From: the human T2T-CHM13v2.0 reference genome, Homo sapiens
Length of the DNA stretch: 64,000 bases
Reading direction: 5' to 3' (one strand)
Assembly (NCBI RefSeq): GCF_009914755.1
Contig: NC_060939.1
The notes beneath the pieces are model-generated. The model did not search any database and had not been told where the DNA came from. It saw only the letters and a program-made list of their open reading frames with translations. Positions 24,077 to 35,235 of the stretch are shown piece by piece (within the stretch, counting starts at the first letter, position 1; each line of letters starts with the position of its first letter). Made by a program: the position numbers and the translations under genes.

Positions 24077-24581
24077 TGCCGGATGAGATGTCAGAGCCCC
24101 GGCATCAGAAAGTGATCAACTCACAGGTTGGTAAGAATTTACTGATAACTCTATAGGTTTGAAAAGGAAATTTTTATTATTATAGATAGAAAGTATACTG
24201 CAGAAGAGTGCAGTGGGGCATCTCAGCAAGAGAGGGCTGACCACCCCATGAGGAATTTTTGCTTAGGGGTATTTATGGAACTTAAAGTGGGACCTTAAGG
24301 GTAATTTGGATCATGTTAGTCACATAGCCCATGATAAATGGTTAAATTTGTAGACATTTTGTGCCTTAATGGCAGCAAGGGTTGCACAATAAGATTCGAT
24401 ATGCATGCATTCTGGAGATGTATAGAAATTCTAATTACTTATAAACTTTGGGTAGAGAAGCCTGGAACCAGATGCCTATTTTAGATAGAAGGGAAGTCCA
24501 ATTACTTCAAATTCCTCAGATAAAAAGTTTTGCCTCCGGATGGCTTGCTTGATGATCACCAGTTGATCTTTGCTTTCTTCA
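24077..24581 (-). mobile_element. ERV solo LTR, probably ERVL class (LTR47-like; subfamily uncertain)
   Basis: TG...CA ends, 505 bp, minus-strand AATAAA near 24175, and a 5-bp TSD CTTAG/CTTGG. Confidence 0.65.
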
Positions 24582-24871
24582 CTTGGATTTGCCAAATGGT
24601 TTGCATTTTGCCCCATTTGTTTTATAATTTTCCTCCTTCCCTTCCTTCCTCCTCCTTTCCTCCCTCCCTCCCATCCTATCTATTAGTCTACTTCTTTATC
24701 TAATCTATCATTTCTCTATCTGTCCACACATATTTTTTGTAATCATCTGAGAGTAGTTTGGAGACATCATGTCCTTTTAGTGTATATTTCTGTATGCATT
24801 TCCTAAAAACAAGGTTTTAGCTATCTTGTATAGCTACAGTAAAATATATTCTCTACATATTCTCTTACATA

Positions 24872-25808
24872 TGTAGGGGCAAAGGGAAAACTTCCTTTTG
24901 CCCTCAGAGGGTTTGTTGAACAATTAACTCACAAAAGGCAGACTCATAAGATAAAAGGAATCCAGTTTATTACTGTGTGCACAGGGAGAACCACAGAGTG
25001 ATTGGCCTCCCCAGTGGGCTGCAAAAGCTTATTTACCATCTTGAGGCTACACACAGAATGGGAGCTCGGACAATGGCCAAAAATAGGTTGTATTGGTAAA
25101 ACACATTATGGGAGGGAGAGAAGAGGAGACTTGGTTTGTGATATGGTTTATCTGTGTCCCCACTCAATCTCACCTTGAATTATAGTTCCCATAATCTCCA
25201 TGTGTCATGGAAGACACCCTGTGGGAGGTAATTGAGTCATGGGGGTGGTTACCCTCATGCTGTTTTCATGAGAGTGAGTTCTCACAAGATCTGATGGTTT
25301 TATATGGGGGCTTTTCCCCACTTCACTCTTGTTCTTCTCTGTCCTGCCACTATGTGAAGAAGGACCTGTTTGCTTCTGCTTCAGCCATGATTGTAAGTTT
25401 CCTGAGGCCTCCTCAGCCATGCTAAACTGTGAGTCAATGAAACTTCTTTTCTTTATAAATTACCCGGTCTCTGGTATGTCTTTATTAGCAGTGTGAGAAC
25501 AGACTAATACAGTTTGCAAAGGGGGTCTTGTTATGTAGATGAAACCTCACAGGTAGCAACCCTCAGAGACAATAGATAGTAAATGTTTCCTTGAGACCTT
25601 TAAAGGTGTCAGACTCTCAGTTAGTCTTTCTTGGATCCAGACAAGGGAGAAGGCCTGGCAGTATAAATGCAGGTTCCCTACAGATGATGTAAATTTCTCC
25701 CAGGAAAGACAGCTTTGCAGAGCTACTTTTATTTGCTGGCTCTCTGACAGCCATCTCAAAATATGTCAAAGAAATATATTCTGGTGTAAAACACTTTTAT
25801 TTTCCTCA
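24872..25808 (-). mobile_element. MER34/LTR48-like ERV1 solo LTR interrupted by THE1
   Basis: Starts tgtaggggcaaagggaaaacttcc and ends cagccatctcaaaatatgtcaaagaaatatattctggtgtaaaacacttttattttcctca. 4-bp TSD CATA/CACA. Confidence 0.7.
25139..25511 (+). mobile_element. THE1 (THE1C-like) solo LTR
   Basis: tgatatggttt...gtgaagaaggacctgtttgcttc...agactaataca. Perfect 5-bp TSD GTTTG. Confidence 0.92.
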
Positions 25809-26108
25809 CACACTACAATGAAATGACCAAATGAGAAAATATACATTGATACAGTATGATTGTCTAATCCAGAGTTTGTGTTCAACTTTTCTCAGTTGTC
25901 CCAATAATGTACGTTATAGCTGTGTTTTCCTTGTCCTGAATCCAGTCTGAGATTCCACTTTAAGTTTAGTTCGCTCTCTAGTTTACTTAATCTAGAATAC
26001 TTACTCATGATTTATCTCTCTTAACCTTGACGCTTAAAGGTGTCCCTCAATTTGTGTGATTGTTTTCTCATTGTTAGATTCATTTTATGCATCTTTGGTA
26101 AGTGTACC

Positions 26109-26941
26109 TCTGAGGAGAAAAAATACAAACTCAGAGCTTTTTCCTATTCTCTTTCCCAACACAACAATCAATGCAATACTTCTGTGATTAAATGAGCAAG
26201 GGTTTTTCCACACACACCAACCACTGGACACCTGCTGGATGTCCTCTAATTCAATTCAGTTCTGATGCTATCTACCTACAGATAGTGCCAGATGCCACAG
26301 ATCAAGGGCTCAGTCCCCAGGAATGCCCTTGGCACTTCCAGACACCAGTCACAAGTTCAGGCTTCCGGAACTTCTGACCCACTGGCTTGAAGTTGGGGTT
26401 CCCATGATTACCTCTTTAAATTCAGTTAACTTGCTAAATTGGCTCACAGAACTCACAGAAACACTTACTTGTGTTTACCAGTTTATTATAAAAGATATTA
26501 CAAAGAATATAGATGAAGAGATGCATAGGGTGAAGTATGGAGGAAGTGGCACAGAGCTTCCATCCCCTCTCTAGGTGGGCCACCTTCCAGGAACCTCCAG
26601 ATGTTCAGCTATCTAGAAGCTCCCCAAATCCTATCCTCTTGGGTTTTTATGGAGGCTTCATTACATTGGCACAATTGATTAAACCATTAGTCACTGTTGA
26701 TTAGTTTAACCTTTAGCCCCTCTCCTCTCCCTAAAAGTTAGGAGTGGAGTTGAAGATCCCAACCCCCTAATTGTATCTTGGTCTTTCGGGTGACCAGCTG
26801 CCATCCTGAAGCTACCTAGGGGCTGCCAGTCACCAGTCAATAATTAACATACAAAACATCACTGTGGAGATTCTAAGGATTTTAGAAGTTATATACCAGG
26901 AAATGAGGTCAAGGACCAAATATATATTTTACAATATCACA
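26109..26941 (-). mobile_element. MER21 (MER21B-like) solo LTR
   Basis: gtcctctaattcaattcagttctgatgctatctacc...gaactcacagaaacacttac...acaatatcaca. 5-bp TSD GTACC/ATACC. Confidence 0.85.
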
Positions 26942-27160
26942 ATACCACAGAAGTAATATAGACCCACCTCAATGCATCATATCAGGAGGTACATAGTGTT
27001 GGTCATCCCAATATTGGTGATGTTAAATTTGATCACTTGGTTAAAGTGTTGTCTGCCAGGTTTCTCAACTGTAAAGTTACTGTTTTCTCCCATTGTAATG
27101 AGTCATTTTCCTTTGGGGAAATACTCTGGGGCCACGTAAATGTCCTATTTCTTATCAAAC

Positions 27161-27847
27161 TGTTAGCAGCAGCGAATCCAACGGGTCTGCAGCAAACTCG
27201 ATTCTTGCCTCCTCAGAAAAAAACGAATTCAGCCAAGGGGCATAAGGCAGAGGGAGAGACCAAGGCAAGTTTTAGAGCAGGAGTGAAAGTTTATTTAAAA
27301 AGTTTTAGAGCAGGAATGAAATGAAGAAGGCCAAGCAAGAGACTTGAGAGATCCAAGTGTGCTGTTTGGCCCTTAACTTGTTTTGTACATTGGCATGGTT
27401 CCAGAGTTTCCATTTCTCTTCCCTTGATTTTTCCCTTGGGGTGCACTGTGCGCATGCACAGTGGCCTGCCAGCACTTGGGAGGGGCCGTGTGTGCAGTGT
27501 GTTTACTGAAGTTGTGCCATGCTCATTAGAAGCGTTTTTCCCTTACCAGTTGAGTGTTCTTAGAGGAAGGTCGCATAACAGTTAAACTTTGCCATTTTGT
27601 CTCTCAGTAGACATGCTTGAGCCCACTCACCCAGCTTCTGAGATCTTATCAGAATGCTGCTGATCACCAGCTTCACGTGTTTTCTATCTTGGGAAACTGC
27701 CTTTCCCTGGTGTCAGCTGTAACTAATTATTATTTTAGAGAGACAGTATAACACATGCCAGACCAACACCCAATGGTTGCTTGACATTCCTGGGGTGCGG
27801 GACCATCTCCTGCCCTGCTTATATCTGCCTAGCTACCTGCTCTAACA
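27161..27847 (-). mobile_element. MER50-like ERV1 solo LTR
   Basis: tgttagcagcagcgaatcc...ctcctgccctgcttatatctgcctagctacctgctctaaca. Perfect 4-bp TSD AAAC. Confidence 0.85.
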
Positions 27848-28524
27848 AAACCACTGGTTTAACATCCCCTTGGGATTTTCTAACTTCATCATTACTTCAT
27901 ATTTACTAGTTATCATTCTATGACAAGGGAAAACCTCTCCCTTTATCTCTATCCTCTCTCTTGCTCTCTCTCTGCAGTACGGATTCATGGATTCATCAAT
28001 GGGTTATAGTCTACCAGTGTCATTATTTATTTTATTGTTCAAGTTGCCCCAGTGTGGTCACAGGGAGGCCCTTCATGCTGCTGCTTTTTCCTTTTGACAT
28101 GTCCTTATTCTGTGAGCACTTTTTTAGTTCTTGGCACCACAAAATGTTTCTTACTAACCTTGTACTTTCTCTGTCCAACCTGTGGAATCAGCTCTTGTCC
28201 CAAGGAACCTTAGATTTTTTTTTTTTTTTTGAGAAAAGAACTTAGAAACCAAGATCTGTGGATCTGGTGTGCTCCTTGCTACTGATGTGTCTCATCAGAC
28301 AGACCTAGGAGATAGGAGATACAGACAGCAGTTATTTAACCATGAGAGCATATGGATATCTCCAGCTTAACACTAAAGAGTATGTTCTAAGTTTTCTGTT
28401 TTTCATATTTTTAAATGTCTTCTTCAACAGCTGGGAATTGAGAAACCTGGCATGAGACTCATTATTTTTCTGCATGATTCAGTTAATAGATAAATTGCAT
28501 GGACTAATTGTTATATCAACTTCG

Positions 28525-28810
28525 CTGGCATATAATTTATATACAGTAAAATTCACCCACTTTACATGTACTGTTTGATAAGTTTTGTCAAAGTATATAC
28601 CACTGAAATCACTAACCATAATCAAAATACAAAATATTTCCAATATTCCAAGAAGTTCCCTCCTACTACTTTGTAGTTAATCCTTCATCTGTAGCTCTAG
28701 GGAACGACTAATCTTTTGTTACTGCAGATTATATTTTTCATTTCTAGAATTTCATATAAATGGAATCATACAATATGTGTTCCTGTTTCTGCTTCTTCTT
28801 GATGTTTTTG
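28525..28810 (-). mobile_element. L1ME/L1MB-type 3' fragment
   Basis: tataatttatatacagtaaaattcacccacttt...ttctagaatttcatataaatggaatcataca. Confidence 0.7.
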
Positions 28811-28840
28811 AGATTCTTTATCTTGTGTGACACTGATTGA

Positions 28841-29129
28841 TTTTTTTTTTTTTAATTTTGAAACAGAGTTTTGCTCTGTCACTCAGGTTGGAGTGCAACA
28901 GTGCAATCATAGCTCACTGCAGCCTAGAACTCCTGGGCTTAAGTAATTTTCTTGCCTTGGCCTCCTGAGTAGATGGGATATAGGTGCACTCCATCACACA
29001 TGTCTGGCTATTTTTTTTATTTTAATAGAGATGAAGTCTTACTATGTTACCCAGGCTGGCCTCAAGTGATCCTCCCACCTAGGCCTCCCAAAGTTCTAGG
29101 ATTACAGGAGTGAGCCACTGCGTCTAGCC
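28841..29129 (-). mobile_element. AluJ SINE
   Basis: Antisense Alu. TSD CTGATTGATTTT at 28833 and 29130. Confidence 0.9.
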
Positions 29130-29139
29130 CTGATTGATT

Positions 29140-29490
29140 TTTAAACCAAGCTTGCATCCCGGGGATAAAACATATTTGTTCATGATTTATTATCTTTTCA
29201 TATGTTGCTAGAGTCATTTTGCAAATATTTTGTTAAAGATTAGTGCATCTTTGATTTTGAGGTCTATTTGTAATTTTCTTTTTTTGGTAACATCTTTGTC
29301 AGGTTGTGCTCACAAAGTAATGTTAGTTTCAGAAAATGTAATAAAAAATGTTCTTTTCTTCTATTTTTTATTAAGTAAACTGAAGAATATTGCTATAATT
29401 CATCTCTGAAATATTTAATAGAATTCACCAGTGAAGCTGTCTAACCTGGAGTTTTCTTTGTGGGAATGCTTTTTATAATGATATAAGGCT
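29140..29490 (-). mobile_element. L1M ORF2 fragment
   Basis: aaaccaagcttgcatcccggggataaaac...atagaattcaccagtgaagc. Confidence 0.65.
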
Positions 29491-30555
29491 ATTGGTCACT
29501 CTTCAGTGCCTTTAAATATCTTTGTTTTGTTCTGTTTTCCAAATTTATTTCAATGTTAAAATTTGTAATTTGAGAGCATGTTAGTATGCTACATGATATT
29601 CCTTCACTACCAGAATAGTACAAAGTAAAATCTATTTTTTAAAATCTCAATCATACATTGGAACATAGTTTTACATCAGCAAATACACCTGAATACTGCA
29701 GAGTATTTCATTTTATACACACATGACTATTTATCTGATTTCACTACTTGTATACTCACTCTCGTTTTCTTTAAACCCACTCTATTGAGGCCTTTATGCC
29801 TACTTGAATAACATTACTGTTGCCAACCTCACTAATTGTCTCCACTTTGCTAAATGAGTTGGTATGTCTTTCGTCCTTGTTTCACTTGATCCATCAGCAG
29901 CATTTGACTAAGTTGGTCACTTTCTTCTTTCCTCACTTGGCTTTCAGGACACCACCTTTTCTTGAGTTTCCCTGACCTCTCTGGCTGCTATTGTTTGATG
30001 TCATTTGCTGGTTCCATTTCTTGTCCCTGAACTTTTAATGTTGAAATGCCGTGAAGCTCTGTTCTTGGTCATCTTCTCCTCTCTCTATAACCTTAATCCC
30101 TTGGTAATCTCAACCAGTCTCATAACTTAAAGTGTCACCTCTATCTTGTTAATTCCAAATTTATATCTCCAGCTTGGATCTTTTTTTCTAACCCCAGACC
30201 TAAAAGTCTAACAGACATCTTTAACTCATCATGTTCCACACCAAATGCTTCAAAACTTGCTCCTCTCACCTGCTTATAAATTCTCCAAAACCTACTCCTT
30301 AACCTTTTAAAAGTTCAGTTGCTGTCAGTTCTGTCTTTCTGGTTATTCAGTTCAGAATCCTTGGCTTCAACTATGAATTTCTTGCTCTCTTATATTGATC
30401 AAAATTCAAATTCTCTTGTCTTTACATTTCTAGTAAATCAAAAATCTTACCACTTTTCACCATGTCATTATATTATCAACTATTATCTCCTCTCACCCTC
30501 TCCTGTCTCTCTCATTCCTTTCTGAGTCTGAGGGACCATCACCTCTTTCTTGGAC

Positions 30556-30934
30556 TATAATCACCTGACATGTTCTTCTTTCCCACTGCACAGATAAAAC
30601 CAATTTACTGAGATAGTAGTATTGCAGTAGAAAAAGTTTAATTAATGCAGGGCTAGCGGAGTGATAGATATGAGTTTTTTACTCAAATCAGCCTCCCCAA
30701 GAACTTAGAGGCTAAGGTTTTTATGGATAATTTGATGGGCAGGGGGCAAGGGAATGGGCACTGCTGATTGGTTGGAGATGAATTCATAGAGTCTGGAAAA
30801 TGATCCTAGTGCACTGAGTCGGTCTCTGGGTGGGAGCCACAGAATGAGTTAGCTATGAATCATGCATCCCTGTGGAGTTAGTTAGTCCCCAGAAAGCCAA
30901 AGTCTGAAAAACATCTCAAAAGACCAATCTTAGG
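30556..30934 (-). mobile_element. Partial ERV1 LTR (LTR8/LTR26/MER72 group)
   Basis: cccactgcacagataaaaccaatttactgaga...ttactcaaatcagcctcccc...aaagtctgaaaaacatctcaaaagaccaatcttagg. Confidence 0.65.
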
Positions 30935-30935
30935 G

Positions 30936-31151
30936 GGTTGGGTGTGGTGGCTCACACTTGTAAATCCAGCACTCTGGGAAGCTGATGCAGGAGAATTGCT
31001 TGAGCCTAGGAGTTTGAGACCAGCCTGGACAACACAGGAAGACTCCATCTCTACACACATACACACAAAAGAAAAAATTAGCTGGACATGTTGGCGTGTG
31101 CCTGTAGTCCCAGCTACTCAGGAGGTCGAGGTGGGAGGATTGCATGAGCCC
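30936..31151 (+). mobile_element. AluJ, 3'-truncated (no tail, no downstream TSD)
   Basis: Left arm, CA-rich linker, and a right arm that stops at ggattgcatgagccc. Confidence 0.85.
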
Positions 31152-31416
31152 TCCCTAATGATCATTTATTGCCCTTCAACAAAAGTCCTCTTCGCCACCC
31201 CCTCCCATATCCTCTTTTGCTAGGATCCAAGTCCCCATTCTTTCTGTAACCTTAAGATGATATATGAACTTCTGTTCCTCACTGGGGGTTGGATCTCCAT
31301 TCAGAAGGCTCTTATGTATATATAGGTTAAATAACTTTGTGTGCCTTTTCTCCTATTAATCTTCTTTCTGAGAACTGATTTTTCAGCAGTCCTTCAGAGG
31401 GCCCTTGGGCCCCACA
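31152..31416 (+). mobile_element. 3' portion of a MER34-like ERV1 LTR
   Basis: aaataactttgtgtgccttttctcctattaatc...gatttttcagcagtccttcagagggcccttgggccccaca. Confidence 0.6.
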
Positions 31417-31592
31417 CCTATGCGATCTTCTTCCAGTACATCTCCTCATTCACTGCTCCAGACACTGTGGCTTTCTGCAATTCCTGGAAAACACCTGGTG
31501 GACTTCTCTCTCTTTTTTTTTCCCCAGAGATATACTTGGCTAACAACTATATTCAAGTCATCATTCAACTTTCATCCATCCTCCTAATGTAG

Positions 31593-31718
31593 CCTACCGT
31601 GACTGTCTTGTCAAAAACCACAAATATCTTACCTTCACCTTCAGAGTTTCTAAATCCTACCTTGACTGTTCTGTCAAAAACTATAAATATCTCATCTTCA
31701 CCTTCAGAGTTTCTGAAT
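31593..31718. repeat. Tandem duplication, 2 x 63 bp
   Basis: 31593-31655 versus 31656-31718: 8 mismatches by manual alignment. Confidence 0.9.
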
Positions 31719-32051
31719 CTATTTACCTTGCTTTCCTTCTTCTTTTTCCCCTATTACTCATCAACTTCTAATATCATAAAATTTATGTACTATATTTATT
31801 ATTTATTGCCTGTACTCCTATTAACATTTAGTCTTCAAGAGCAGGGATATTTATCTGTTTGGCTCACTAGTATTGTGTACCTAAAATATGGACCAACATG
31901 TGACAGATATTTAATAAATTCACATGGAATAAATTAGACAGGTTGTTCTCATTTTCCACAGCAAGATGGATTTATCCATCAGTCCATTTGTTTCTTTGTC
32001 CATATATCCATGATAGATTGATCTATTGATCTGTCTATCTAATCTACCTAT

Positions 32052-32098
32052 ATCCATCCATCCATCCATCCATCCATCCATCCATCCATCCATCCATC
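32052..32098. repeat. (ATCC)n tetranucleotide microsatellite, ~11-12 perfect units
   Basis: Directly visible, with degenerate (CTAT)/(CTAG) flanks. Confidence 0.95.
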
Positions 32099-32229
32099 TC
32101 TCTTATCTAGCTAGCTAGCCAGCTATCCATCTATTTACCTACTATTTTCTGTCTATCTGTTTTTGAGCATTTACTCTTTATTTACTCTGTCAGAAATAGT
32201 GTTAAAAGCTTTGGAAAAAGTAAATATAC

Positions 32230-32440
32230 AGTGATGTGCTAGAGCTTCTTACGCCAGCTTATAGGAACTGATGGTTCAATATTCAGAAATTTTACGAGCT
32301 GGCTTTTAAAATAGTGGTAGCTTGAAATTGGCCATGGTATGGGTATTTATACCAGAGAAATTGGAAAATTCTGCAAATCAGGGCTTTTCCTGCCCTTTCC
32401 CTTCATCACCCCTAACCCCAGTTTACCAGTGTACCACTAG
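32230..32440. mobile_element. MER63-like hAT-Blackjack MITE
   Basis: cagtgatgtgctagagc...agcttgaaattggccatggtatgggtatttatacc...tttaccagtgtaccactag. Confidence 0.7.
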
Positions 32441-32556
32441 AAGTATAAGACATCTCTTGCCATAAAGCAGTTAAACTCCTAAGCATATAGCTCCTAAATA
32501 CAGTACGTAATAGAACTCAAGAGGATAGTTAAGATGGACTTGCAGTATTCATGTCT

Positions 32557-33620
32557 TGTGGAAATAAATGAAGAATATTCAAATGAGAATAGACAGAGCC
32601 TACTTACTCAGAGCTTGCTTTATCAAGGGAGTCAGCTACTATCACTTGTGTTTGGCAGAGATGCAGAAGCAGTTAGGTATTTGGAAAGCTTTATGAGTGA
32701 AAAAAAGGGGAAAACTTCAGGTGATCTAATTGGAGATTGTTGGCAAGGGGAAACTGGATAGATAGAAGTGGGGCAACTTATGTGATTGGTTTGGGGAGGA
32801 TTTTGGCTTTCTCTAGTCTGTTCTGAAACAGATAAAAGAGAGGGAACAAAGATAAGAAAGTTTGCCATTGTTGATAGTCCTGATCATCCTGAGCTGACTG
32901 ATTTGGAGGTTGTGGTATAGCTTTCTGGACTTCCTATGTGGGTCAGAGTTCTATCATCATATTTTGTCTGGCTGTTGTCTGTAAATTTGGTCTCTTTGGT
33001 CCTTGGTTTTGTCATTTTCTTGCTTATGAGGGGTGTTTAACCCATTCAGAGAAGGCCATGGTTTCAGATATTCACTGCTAGAGGATTGTCACCATAGTCA
33101 ACTGTATTATGAAATACTGACTTTTTAGTTATATCATCATGGTAATCATATAATAAGGGAGCAGCTGTGAAGAAGCATTTAAAACTCTGAGTAGAGTGCA
33201 ATGGACCATAGTCTTGACACTATGACTAAAATGACAATTAATAGTTCACGTAAGATGCTTTGGACCCAAGAACGCCAATTGCCAAGACAACAAATTCCAG
33301 AGGCTATGGAGATTGACCTTAGTGATCTAAGTAGCTTTTTCCTTAATGCAAAATATAGCCAGTTCTACTTTGCCTGTTTGATCCAAGTGCAAAATCAATA
33401 TTAGCAATGACATAGAAGCCACCATGACTAGCCCAAAAGGGATGTAGAGCAATGCAATTGTCCATCACTATTCTTGTCAACAAGTGACACCATTTTGTAT
33501 TCCATCTAGGGCAGAGGTAGTATCCTTAATGACTTCTGCCAGAGTTAGGGATCACTCTTTTAGAGCTTTTACTTCTGTATGTATGCTTCCCACTGTTGGG
33601 AACACTGCTGTGACTGTCTG
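32557..33620 (-). mobile_element. MER67-like ERV1 3'LTR (~32557-32995) with adjacent internal env remnant (~33000-33620)
   Basis: LTR text gagcttgctttatcaagggagtcagctactatcacttgtgtttggcagaga. Minus-strand translation of 33480-33400 gives LTRIVMDNCIALHPFWASHGGFYVIAN, an env TM immunosuppressive-domain-like sequence. Confidence 0.7.
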
Positions 33621-33814
33621 CACAAGCAATGGGTCAATTTAAAACATGGCTGCACCTATACTAAGGATATTACATTGAGATGACTTACTGTAGATATGTT
33701 AATGATATTTAAATATAGAAATGCAACTTAGATTTTGTTGTTCTGTAGGCAGTGAAATTAGGGTCAACTGTTGAATTGTCAATGTAAGGATGAATTTGAT
33801 ATTAACAAGAAATC

Positions 33815-33985
33815 TGAAAATGGAGCAGACTGCCCTGAGAAAGCAGTGGGCTACTGAATGTTTTCCAGAGTGATTAGCCATTTCTCAAGTGTAATGGGAG
33901 AGTGTATAATATTCCAGCTTTGAGGGTGAGGTTGAAATAGATTATTAACTTTAATGTCTCTTTCAATGCTAAGAGTCTATGTCTC
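33815..33985 (+). mobile_element. L3/CR1 3' end fragment
   Basis: aaatggagcagactgccc...ctttcaatgctaagagtctatg, a CR1-type terminus. Confidence 0.45.
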
Positions 33986-34994
33986 AGAATGATTCTTGTG
34001 AGACGTTGATAATCCTGTCGGGAGAATAGTGATTAGTTTCACACCGAGCTGACTTTATTTTACCTAGTTTTACTTAGTTTTTTAAAAGTTTACTAAGTTT
34101 TTAAGCCAGAGTTACAAAAGTTACAAAGGGACACTTACTAGTATTATGTTGTTTTACCTGCCATGAGAATATTCTATAGTCATACGTTTTTCCCCTAAAA
34201 ATTTGTTGTATTTTCTCTTTAAAGACTGTGTGAATCATGTAACTGAAGATGTTTCCATTTTTTTTTTAGCTGCCATAAAGCCCAGGGACAAATTTGCCAT
34301 TGAACATGTTAACCATGCAGGGTCAAATTGTCTCTATATTTATGCTTTTTCTTCCTGGTCTCAATCTCTTATTTTAAATGACATTGTCTCTGGCTTTATT
34401 TTTATGTTTTAAATTTACTTATGTTATGCATTCTTTCAAGTACCTCAAATCCTTTGGGAAGTGCAATGGGAAGTGGATGAATGGATCGATAAGTGAATGC
34501 ATATATAATGGCATGGCAAATTGGTGTTTCTTTGGGTAAGTGCCTATAAGCGGTGATAATATCATGTTCCACAATGGCCCAGTAAGCTATCAATTCCTAT
34601 CCTTGCCAGTAATTTTCATTCTTACCCAATATCCAAATTCTTATTCCCCGATTCCTCAGATGGATTCCCATTTGGATAATCATCAGCCCCAATTCTATGC
34701 TCATTCTGAACAGTTGTGGTAAACACTATTTTTTTGCTTGAGATCCAATTGGTTAATAACAAATTGGGTGACAATATCCTACACCTTTTTTACATATCAT
34801 AATTAGGGCTCAGTAGGTGCTTGATGTATAGAAGAATGTGCTTCTAATAATAAAAACCCCCATATTGAAAACAAAACTTATTAAATACCCCTTGAATTAT
34901 ATACAGCCTACTTAAATTGGCAGTACATTTAGTCCCAAAATTATGGTACACTTGATTTGCCATCTTAGATTTAATTTTGAATTAATTTTTGAAT

Positions 34995-35235
34995 AGTAAA
35001 AAGTAATTGCTTCTTTCCAGTTATTACTGATCTGAGCATGTATAGAATGTGCCCAGTTCTGGGCAACATCCTTGGAGAAGGATGTCAGCTAACTGAAATA
35101 GGTTCGGAGGAAGTTAACACATTTCTGAGGACTTTTGAAAGTATGTTGCCTGTCACTGCTGGAGCTATGAATGCTTAGTCTGGAAAGTGATTACATTGAC
35201 ATGGTTATTTCTTTCAAATATTAGACTTGAGTTTC
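34995..35235 (+). mobile_element. L3/CR1 fragment
   Basis: gtgcccagttctgggcaac...ggttcggaggaag...gcttagtctggaaa. Confidence 0.5.

Larger units (their letters stand above)
24040..28450 (-). mobile_element. Old L1MC-type 3' region, fragmented by LTR insertions
   Basis: Inter-LTR pieces join into a continuous L1MC-like 3'UTR (atttcctaaaaacaagg...ttctcttacata|...|ataccacagaagt...gatcacttggttaaagtgttgtctgccaggtttctc...ttagaaaccaagatctg). Confidence 0.65.
29750..31935 (+). mobile_element. L2 LINE (29750-30555 and 31417-31935), interrupted by an LTR/Alu/LTR block
   Basis: Pyrimidine-rich sense L2 (cagcagcatttgac..., caaatttatatctccagc...) with 3' end ttaataaattcacatggaataaat. Confidence 0.7.
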
